Virus record (IMG/VR): IMGVR_UViG_3300042196_000086
Span: 1-47,691 of that record
Strand: one strand, 5' to 3'
DNA from: a virus
Taxonomy: Duplodnaviria > Caudoviricetes
Length of the DNA stretch: 47,691 bases
Every line of letters starts with the position of its first letter. Positions within the stretch are counted from its first letter, which is position 1. Below are positions 7,857 to 14,966 of this stretch, piece by piece. A program made the position numbers and the translations under genes. The notes below the pieces were generated by a model. The model had not been told where the DNA came from. It saw only the letters and a list, made by a program, of their open reading frames with translations, and ran no database searches.

Positions 7857-9502
7857 AGACTCTCTCCCTCCTCCTCGCTTTCGCTGTCGTGGCCTCTGCC
7901 GAACCGATCAAGAAGGCCACGCATCCGATCCCCGATTCCTACATCGTGGTGTTCGATCCCCAGCTCGTCCGGGCGCACGACGAAGCCTCCGAGCTCCCCA
8001 CCGTTGCCGAAGTCGCCGAGAGCATGGTGCACGGTAAGGGCCAGCTCAAGCACGTTTACGAGAAGGCGCTGCGGGGTTTCGCGGTCATTGCCATCAAGTC
8101 GGATGACGCTGAGCTGCTCGCCCAGGATCACCGCGTGCTCTATGTCGAAGAAGACGGCGAGGTTTCGATCGAGGCGAGTCAGGCGAACCCTGGCTGGAAC
8201 TTGGACCGGGTTGACCAGCGTGATCTGCCTCTCGACGCGAGCTACACCTACAACCAGACGGGCGCCGGCCTCCACGCCTACGTGCTCGATACCGGGATCC
8301 GCTCGACCCACGTCGAATTCTCGGGGCGGATCGGGAACGGCTTCACCTCGATCCTTGACGGCTTCGGCACCGAGGACTGCCACGGGCATGGGACGCACAC
8401 CTCGGGAACGGTCGGTAGCACGACCTACGGCGTGGCGAAGGAAGTCACGCTGCATCCTGTCCGCGTGCTCGGCTGTACCGGCAGCGGCACGGCATCTGGA
8501 GTAATCGCTGGTATCGATTGGGTGACAGCGAACCGGATTGACCCGGCCGTGGCGAACATGTCGCTCGGCGGCGGCTTCAACAGCGCCCTCAATGCCGCGG
8601 TGACGAACTCGATCGCCACAGGCGTGGTCTATGCGGTCTCGGCTGGAAACAGCGCGGGTGATTCATGCCTCTTGAGCCCCGCGAGCACGCCAGAGGCTCT
8701 CACGGTCGGCTCGTCCACGATCACAGACGCGCGTTCGTCCTTCTCCAGCATCGGCGTCTGTCTCGATCTCTTTGCACCCGGCTCCTCGGTTCTTTCCACC
8801 TACAACACCAGCGACACGGCTACAGCCGTGCTCAGTGGAACCAGCATGGCATCCCCGGCCGTGGCGGGCGCGGCTGTCCTCTACCGCGCGGCGGTCCCAA
8901 CAGCATCTCCTGCGGAGGTCGGAGCCGCCATCACTGACTTCGCGACCCAGGGCAAGATCACCGACCCGGGGATCGACTCGCCCAACCTGCTCCTCTACTC
9001 GCTCTTCGATGTCGCCCCGCCTCCGCCTCCTCCACCTCCTCCACCTCCTCCACCTCCCCCGCCGCCAGTCAACTACGTCGCGAACGGTGGCTTCGAGGAG
9101 AGTGGGGTGCCATGGATCTTCTCGGGTAGCGCAACGTGGCTCACCGGAGCAGCCCACTCCGGCACGGGCTCGGCTCGACTCGCTGCCAGCAGTGGATCGC
9201 TATCTCAGGAGGTGACGCTGCCTGTTGAGGCATTGGGCTCGTTCTCCTTCTGGCTGCGGATCACGAGCGAGGAGCACGGGAGGTGCCCGCGATGTGCGGA
9301 CGACTTCCTGTATCTGGATGTCATCGCGGAGTCCGGCACCTTCACGCTCGCCACCTTCGACAACCGTCGCGAGGGCGAGTACCTCCAGAGGTTCGCCAAT
9401 CTCTCTGGCTTCAAGGGCCAGACGATCGCTATCCGATTCAGCACTCAGCAGGACAGTGATCGGCCCACCGTCTTTGACATAGACGACGTGCTGCTGCGGT
9501 GA
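7853..9502 (+). CDS. Secreted subtilisin-family S8A protease (aqualysin/proteinase K-like) with I9 propeptide, P17 linker and C-terminal jelly-roll/CBM-like domain
   Basis: Signal peptide MKTLSLLLAFAVVASA, propeptide IPDSYIVVF...YVEED. Triad LDTG, HGHGTHTSG, GTSMASP and oxyanion SAGN. C-domain begins VANGGFE. Confidence 0.95.
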   Translation: MKTLSLLLAFAVVASAEPIKKATHPIPDSYIVVFDPQLVRAHDEASELPTVAEVAESMVHGKGQLKHVYEKALRGFAVIAIKSDDAELLAQDHRVLYVEEDGEVSIEASQANPGWNLDRVDQRDLPLDASYTYNQTGAGLHAYVLDTGIRSTHVEFSGRIGNGFTSILDGFGTEDCHGHGTHTSGTVGSTTYGVAKEVTLHPVRVLGCTGSGTASGVIAGIDWVTANRIDPAVANMSLGGGFNSALNAAVTNSIATGVVYAVSAGNSAGDSCLLSPASTPEALTVGSSTITDARSSFSSIGVCLDLFAPGSSVLSTYNTSDTATAVLSGTSMASPAVAGAAVLYRAAVPTASPAEVGAAITDFATQGKITDPGIDSPNLLLYSLFDVAPPPPPPPPPPPPPPPPPVNYVANGGFEESGVPWIFSGSATWLTGAAHSGTGSARLAASSGSLSQEVTLPVEALGSFSFWLRITSEEHGRCPRCADDFLYLDVIAESGTFTLATFDNRREGEYLQRFANLSGFKGQTIAIRFSTQQDSDRPTVFDIDDVLLR

Positions 9503-9506
9503 GCCA

Positions 9507-9605
9507 GTGAAAGAGCGTCTTCTCTACGTCGCCTTGATTCTCGCCATCTTGGTTGCCGCCACCGGTTGGTGGTGGGCCTTGAAAGCGTGGGGGCAGTGTC
9601 CATGA
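9507..9605 (+). CDS. 32-aa single-pass membrane peptide (absent from the ORF track)
   Basis: Translated by hand: VKERLLYVALILAILVAATGWWWALKAWGQCP. ATGA-coupled to the next ORF. Confidence 0.55.
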   Translation: MKERLLYVALILAILVAATGWWWALKAWGQCP

Positions 9606-9733
9606 GGCTCCGCACGCGGCTGAAGCTGTATTGGCTCGGCCTGGACAACCTCGACCGCGTGTCGGTGGTCTGCGCCGTGATCGTGATCGTCTTCGCGCTG
9701 TTCCTGTTCGCGTTCCTGTTCGAGATCGTGTGA
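9602..9733 (+). CDS. 43-aa single-pass membrane peptide (absent from the ORF track)
   Basis: Translated by hand: MRLRTRLKLYWLGLDNLDRVSVVCAVIVIVFALFLFAFLFEIV. Fills the gap before the GGAGGG SD of the next gene. Confidence 0.6.
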   Translation: MRLRTRLKLYWLGLDNLDRVSVVCAVIVIVFALFLFAFLFEIV

Positions 9734-9747
9734 TCGGAGGGTCTTCC

Positions 9748-10932
9748 ATGAAGTACGCCGCGCTGCTGGTCGCCGGTGCGTTGTTCGCAAGCTGCCCTGG
9801 TGTGCCACCTCCGGACCCGAATCCAGGCTACGACTGCTCGGCGCAGCCTGCGCTGTCAGGCCTCGTCCCGGTGGCGAACGCCATCGCGGGCCGCTACATC
9901 GTGGTGCTCAAGGATCGGCCGCCGGCGCCGCTGCGGTCCTTGATCCACGCGGCCTCGGTCGGCGTGACCGACGTCAAGACCACGTCCACGGGCTACGCGG
10001 CGACGATCGCGGCTCAGGCGTTGAAGAAGCTTCTCGCCGATCCGGCGGTGCAGTACGTGCAGGAGGACGGAGTCAAGCGCGTCGACCCGCGGCCGGCCGA
10101 GGTCACGAATGCCTGGGGCCTCGACCGCGTGGACCAGCGCGATCTTCCGCTCGACGGCCAGTATGCCCCGGGCGCCGATGGCCTGGGCGTCAACGCCTTC
10201 ATCGTGGACACCGGGGTCTCGGACCATCCCGACTTCGAGGGCCGGCTGCAACCGGGCTGCCTCTTCAGCGCGCACGGCGGCACCTGCGAGGACGGCCACG
10301 GCCACGGGACGCACGTCGCGGGGACGATCGGCGGGCGCCTGTGGGGCGTCGCGAAGAAGGTGACGCTGTGGGCGGTCCGCGTGCTCGACGCGAACGGCTC
10401 GGGCTCCGACTCCGACGTGATCCGGGGGATTGAGGCGGTCACGGCTTGGAAGCTGGCGCACCCCGAGGCGAACGCGGTCCTGAACATGAGCCTGGGCGGA
10501 GGCGACTCACCTGCGCTCAACCGAGCCACCTGTAGCTGCATCGAGGCCGGAGTGACGGTCGTGGTCGCGGCCGGCAATGAGCAACAGGATGCGGACCGCT
10601 CCTCACCCGCGCGCGTGAGGCAAGCCATTACGACGGGGGCCACCGACTCAAGCGACCGTGCGGCGACGTTCTCGAACTACGGCCCGCTGATCGACATCCA
10701 GATGCCCGGCGTCTCGATCGAATCGACGCAGCCCGGCGGGGGCACTGCCATCTTCTCCGGGACTTCGATGGCCTCGCCACACGCAGCGGGGCTCGCTGCT
10801 CTCATCTTGGGGCGGCACCCAGGGATGCCGCCGGTTGAGGTGCGGGACTGGATGGTGGCGAACGCCACGCCGAACAAGGTCGTGGATGCCAGGCCGGGGA
10901 CAACTCAGTCCATTGGATACGTCAAGGAGTAG
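9748..10932 (+). CDS. Second S8A subtilisin-family protease, lipoprotein
   Basis: GGAGGG SD, lipobox LFAS-C, propeptide IAGRYIVVLK. Catalytic motifs VDTG, HGHGTHVAG, AAGN and GTSMASPH. Confidence 0.95.
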   Translation: MKYAALLVAGALFASCPGVPPPDPNPGYDCSAQPALSGLVPVANAIAGRYIVVLKDRPPAPLRSLIHAASVGVTDVKTTSTGYAATIAAQALKKLLADPAVQYVQEDGVKRVDPRPAEVTNAWGLDRVDQRDLPLDGQYAPGADGLGVNAFIVDTGVSDHPDFEGRLQPGCLFSAHGGTCEDGHGHGTHVAGTIGGRLWGVAKKVTLWAVRVLDANGSGSDSDVIRGIEAVTAWKLAHPEANAVLNMSLGGGDSPALNRATCSCIEAGVTVVVAAGNEQQDADRSSPARVRQAITTGATDSSDRAATFSNYGPLIDIQMPGVSIESTQPGGGTAIFSGTSMASPHAAGLAALILGRHPGMPPVEVRDWMVANATPNKVVDARPGTTQSIGYVKE

Positions 10933-10940
10933 GAGGACAA

Positions 10941-11354
10941 ATGCTTCGTCGCCTGAACGTGAACCTGATCCTGAGCCTGATCGTGGTGCTCGGCGCCGCG
11001 ACCGTGGTGTTCGCTCAAGACGCACCCCCGTCGACTCCCGACTGGTGGCTGGAGGGGGCGAACGCGATCACGCTTCTGGCTCCCGCTCTCGTCCGCATCG
11101 GGGTCTGGGGTGCGTTCTTCTTCGTGCGCCGGGTGCCGATCTGGGCCCTGCCGATTGCAGCGGTCCTGCTCGGCGTCGGCTATGACGCCGTGGACGGGCT
11201 GCTCTGGACGAATCCGGCACTCGTCGCGGCGAAGGGGCTGTTGATGCTCCTGATCCGCGAGGTCATCGACAAATACTTCGCCAAGCCGCTCGGCCTTGCG
11301 AAGACGTTCACGAAGCCCCAGGACGGCTACATCGTCCGGGTCAATTCGATCTGA
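10941..11354 (+). CDS. Holin-like multi-pass membrane protein with N-terminal signal-peptide-like segment
   Basis: AGGAGG SD, VFA|QD cleavage-like site, about 3 hydrophobic segments (VPIWALPIAAVLLGV), charged C-tail. Confidence 0.55.
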   Translation: MLRRLNVNLILSLIVVLGAATVVFAQDAPPSTPDWWLEGANAITLLAPALVRIGVWGAFFFVRRVPIWALPIAAVLLGVGYDAVDGLLWTNPALVAAKGLLMLLIREVIDKYFAKPLGLAKTFTKPQDGYIVRVNSI

Positions 11355-11364
11355 AGGAGGCGTG

Positions 11365-11871
11365 ATGAAGACGAAGCTGATCGCCGTTGCCGCACTGCTG
11401 GCCCTGCCCTCCATGGCAGCGGCGCAGAGCCTTGGGGAAATCCTCCAGGGCATCACCGACCCGCACATCGTCGGAGCGGTCTCGTACAACAACGAGACCA
11501 AGGAGTGGGCCGCTGTCCTGACCGCAAACGTCGTCGGTCCGAAGCTCGGGACGCTCCCTTGCTACATCTCAGGCGCGGGCGTGGCCCTCAACACCATCGC
11601 CCCGGGGCTCGAGGACGCTCCGATCGCCGCGTGGTCCTTCCCTCTGCTCACCTGTGCGCCCTTCGGCGAGCAGGTTGCGATCCAGGCCGGTCTTTCGACT
11701 CCGCTGAATGGCCCCGGGGGCAAGTCGTACTACGCCGGCCTCGGCGTCAGTGTCGGCGGCGGTCCGAACACGCTGAAGGTGAAGCGTGTCAAGCGCGCCG
11801 AAGCCAAGGCCGCAAAGAAGGCCGCCGAGCTGCTGCTGTTGCACCCTCCCGGCTCCGTCGTCGGCAAGTAG
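11365..11871 (+). CDS. Exported protein with amphipathic beta-strand pattern and basic C-tail
   Basis: AAGGAGG SD, signal peptide MKTKLIAVAALLALPSMAAA|Q, strands such as SYYAGLGVSVG. Confidence 0.75.
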   Translation: MKTKLIAVAALLALPSMAAAQSLGEILQGITDPHIVGAVSYNNETKEWAAVLTANVVGPKLGTLPCYISGAGVALNTIAPGLEDAPIAAWSFPLLTCAPFGEQVAIQAGLSTPLNGPGGKSYYAGLGVSVGGGPNTLKVKRVKRAEAKAAKKAAELLLLHPPGSVVGK

Positions 11872-11877
11872 GCGGTC

Positions 11878-12213
11878 ATGGCGCCGTCACGCAGACGAGA
11901 GGACCCCGACGATGAGGACTACAGGCGTCTGCGTGGCGGTTTGCTCAACGGACACACGAAGTGGGTAGTGCGGATCGTGTCCACCGCGCTCGTGGCTGGG
12001 CTCGGCTTCTTCATTGCCCGTGATCGCACCGGGATCGAGAAGGAGCAGGAGCTGCAGGATCGGCGGCTTGTGGTTCTGGAGACCTCGGTCACGGCACTCG
12101 TAGCCGCCCAGGCTGCGGCCCAGGCAGGCAGTGCCGCGCAGTGGGCCGAGGTGCTCAGACGTCTGGGCTCGATCGAGACGGACGTGAAGGACATCAAGCG
12201 GAGCAGTAGGTAG
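11878..12213 (+). CDS. Membrane-anchored coiled-coil protein (XhlA/holin/spanin-like lysis accessory)
   Basis: One TM segment (WVVRIVSTALVAGLGFFIA) followed by heptads ending IETDVKDIK. Confidence 0.7.
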   Translation: MAPSRRREDPDDEDYRRLRGGLLNGHTKWVVRIVSTALVAGLGFFIARDRTGIEKEQELQDRRLVVLETSVTALVAAQAAAQAGSAAQWAEVLRRLGSIETDVKDIKRSSR

Positions 12214-12242
12214 GGACGGACCAAAGAGAAAAGGAAAGACGA

Positions 12243-12647
12243 ATGGCAAACGCACTGTACCCGCTGTACAAGCAGGCGCTCTTGAATAAAGAGCACGACA
12301 TGAACACCGACTCGATCAAGGCGATTCTGGGAGACTCCGCGGACTATACGTACAACGCCGCGCACGATTTCCTGGATGACATCCTTGCGGCAGCACGTGT
12401 CGCAACGTCAGGCGCATTGACGTCGCCCACAATCGTGAATGGCGTCTTCGACACGGCTGACTTCACCTGGACGGCGGTCACGGGGGATGTGTCGGAGTTC
12501 ATCGCCCTCTTCAACGATACACCCGCGACCGAGGCGACGAAGGGTCTGGTCTGTTTTTACGACACCGGCATGACCGGAATGCCGGTCACTCCAAACGGCG
12601 GCAACATCAACGTCACGGTTCACACCTCGGGCTGGTTCGCGCTCTAA
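12243..12647 (+). CDS. Virion structural protein (minor tail/fibre subunit family)
   Basis: MANALYPLYKQALL...FDTADFTWTAVTGD...GMPVTPNGGNINVT resembles a widespread phage structural family. Confidence 0.75.
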   Translation: MANALYPLYKQALLNKEHDMNTDSIKAILGDSADYTYNAAHDFLDDILAAARVATSGALTSPTIVNGVFDTADFTWTAVTGDVSEFIALFNDTPATEATKGLVCFYDTGMTGMPVTPNGGNINVTVHTSGWFAL

Positions 12648-12658
12648 GGGTTCCGGGG

Positions 12659-12883
12659 ATGGAGCCCTGCACAGGCTGTGGGGCGGTAGCCCTGCGGCAT
12701 CCGATGGTGGGCGTCGCGCTAGATGTCGAGACTGGCGCGTGGGCCGCGTTCCCGGTCTGCGATGCCTGCTGGCGCGAACCGTCGCATCGCGTCGTCCCGT
12801 TGAAGATGCACTTCTTCCAGGCGGGCCAAGCGGCCGAGGCTGTCGCGCGCGCGGGGTCGAGCGACATCGGAGGGCCCTCATGA
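12659..12883 (+). CDS. Hypothetical Zn-binding protein
   Basis: CTGC and CDAC motifs. ATGA overlap downstream. Confidence 0.65.
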   Translation: MEPCTGCGAVALRHPMVGVALDVETGAWAAFPVCDACWREPSHRVVPLKMHFFQAGQAAEAVARAGSSDIGGPS

Positions 12884-13278
12884 GCTACGCCGGCAACCCG
12901 AACGGCCAGAACCAGCGGTGGTCGAAGTGGCTATTCACGATCTACGAGACTGGCCGCAGCGTGCCGCGGAGGGACGTTGAGTACAACATGGCGCGCTGGC
13001 TTCGTGCGGGTTTCGGGTCTGTGGGCACGGTGAGGCTGCGACGCACGGCCACGGGCTGGGAAGTGGATGCCGTCATCGAGGGAGCGCCCGTGCACGATCC
13101 CGGGTACGTGGCAGACGTGCGGCGCCAGTTCCATCAGCACTTCCTGGAAAAGGGCTGGGGGCCGCTCGGGGCATTCGGGGAGGTCACGGCGCGGCTGCTC
13201 GCAGGCAGCAGGCAGGACGGGAGCCCATCCGAGCAATGGGTGTCGATCCCGACGATCCGTCTCGGAGAAAGAGGGTAG
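12880..13278 (+). CDS. Hypothetical protein
   Basis: GGAGGG SD, ATGA overlap. Starts MSYAGNPNGQNQRW. Confidence 0.7.
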   Translation: MSYAGNPNGQNQRWSKWLFTIYETGRSVPRRDVEYNMARWLRAGFGSVGTVRLRRTATGWEVDAVIEGAPVHDPGYVADVRRQFHQHFLEKGWGPLGAFGEVTARLLAGSRQDGSPSEQWVSIPTIRLGERG

Positions 13279-13283
13279 GGAAG

Positions 13284-13598
13284 ATGGCGGGACAGGTTTC
13301 GCAGTCCGAGTCGCAGGTGATCTACCGGCGGCTGTCGGCGGTGGCGCTGCGGCTACTGGACATCAAGGAGGAGATCGACCGGCTCGACGCGCTGAACGCT
13401 TCGATGAACCTGGGGACGAATCTCGATCCGGAGTCGGGCGGGCATCTCACGGTGGCGCAGGCGGTCACGTTCTTCGGCGAGCTGGTGAAGTACCGGGACT
13501 GGTTCGCGAACCTGTCGGTGTCGCCGACCGGGACATCTGGCTCCGGTGACCGGCGTGCTGCGCTGGACCCGTTCATCCTTGCGGAGCCGCTCGTCTAA
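13284..13598 (+). CDS. Hypothetical helical protein (possible fibre chaperone)
   Basis: Purine-rich SD, starts MAGQVSQSESQV, strong GC3 bias. Confidence 0.7.
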   Translation: MAGQVSQSESQVIYRRLSAVALRLLDIKEEIDRLDALNASMNLGTNLDPESGGHLTVAQAVTFFGELVKYRDWFANLSVSPTGTSGSGDRRAALDPFILAEPLV

Positions 13599-13609
13599 GA
13601 GGCGCTGGG

Positions 13610-14965
13610 ATGGCGAATAAGTTCGTTTGGAGCGGCGCGACGGGCGCGAACGACGGCTCGTCGTGGAACAACGCCTATACGTCGCTCATGCGTGACTGGG
13701 GCGTTGAGTTTGGGTTCACTCCGGCGACGGACTACATCTACGTGCGGAGTGTCCACAGCGAGACGAGCGGGGCGACGCTCACGATCATAGGCTCGACTGC
13801 GGGGGGGACGGATGCGGCCTGCCGTGTGATTTGTGTGGTGGGCGACACAACGGGAACGACGCCTGGGAACTTGGCTACGGGGGCGAGCGTCACGACTACA
13901 GGAGGATTCAACATCGAGATCGGCCGCAACATCTACGCCTACGGAGTTTTGTTCTTTGCAAACGCTAATCTGCTGCTCTCTGCGTCAGGCGATACGAACG
14001 TCACGTTAGAGAGCTGCGGACTTAAGCTAACCAGAAGCGGGACATCGACTGACCGAATAGAGATCGGGCACAACAACTCGGGAGCCTCGTGTATGCAGAC
14101 CCTGATTGCCTGCACCCTTGACTTCACCAATGCTGGGCATGGGCTTGACTATAGCAATCAGGGGATCTTCAGGATGCAGGGCGGCTCGGTAGCCTTCGAT
14201 ATCGACTACCTCCTCGTAAGTGGTGGCTATTCGGGCGCAGCAGACATCGCATTTGTCGGGGTGGACCTTTCTACCCTGTCTTCCAGTTCGCTCGTCCTGA
14301 ACACCGGCGTAGTGATCTCGGATCAGATCCGTTTCAGCCGCTGCTTGCTCGCGAGTGGTGCGACGCTGGTGAGCGGGAATCTAGATGCAGCCGGTGCCCG
14401 CGTCGAGTCCTACCACTGCCAGATCGGTACCGACGCCGACCCCTCGTACCAGATGGAGATCCAAGACTCGCGTGGCAAGGTCTCCGCGAACACTGCGAAG
14501 TACCGCACGGGTGGCGCAAGCGACGGTGTGCGCTCCACGCCAATAAGCTGGGACTTCGACACTGCCGCGGGCTCGGTGCGCGGCTACCCAGGCCACGCCT
14601 TCGAAGGCCCTCCGATCAGCGCATGGACGCCCGGCAATGGCAGTACCGCGCACGTCTACCGCATCGCCTTCGCCTCCGACGCGACGATCAACGACGACGA
14701 GCTGTGGATCGAGCTGGAGGGTCCGAACGACGCGGCCACGAACAGCCTCGCCGCGCTGAAAACAACGCGCGTCGCCCCGAGGACAACCGCTGCGGCCTAC
14801 ACGACGGACAGCGGCTCGACGTGGACGGGGACGGGCGTCGGGACGAAGCAGTACATGCAGATCCAGTACACGCCCGACAAGCCGGGGCCGGTGGTCATCC
14901 GCGTGCACATGGCGAAGGCGTCCGACAACATCTACATCGACCCGCTGATCCAGATCGACCCCTAG
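13610..14965 (+). CDS. Putative beta-helical tailspike/receptor-binding protein
   Basis: ATGANDGSSWNNAYTSL cap motif typical of right-handed beta-helix proteins. G/S/T/N-rich. Confidence 0.65.
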   Translation: MANKFVWSGATGANDGSSWNNAYTSLMRDWGVEFGFTPATDYIYVRSVHSETSGATLTIIGSTAGGTDAACRVICVVGDTTGTTPGNLATGASVTTTGGFNIEIGRNIYAYGVLFFANANLLLSASGDTNVTLESCGLKLTRSGTSTDRIEIGHNNSGASCMQTLIACTLDFTNAGHGLDYSNQGIFRMQGGSVAFDIDYLLVSGGYSGAADIAFVGVDLSTLSSSSLVLNTGVVISDQIRFSRCLLASGATLVSGNLDAAGARVESYHCQIGTDADPSYQMEIQDSRGKVSANTAKYRTGGASDGVRSTPISWDFDTAAGSVRGYPGHAFEGPPISAWTPGNGSTAHVYRIAFASDATINDDELWIELEGPNDAATNSLAALKTTRVAPRTTAAAYTTDSGSTWTGTGVGTKQYMQIQYTPDKPGPVVIRVHMAKASDNIYIDPLIQIDP

Positions 14966-14966
14966 C

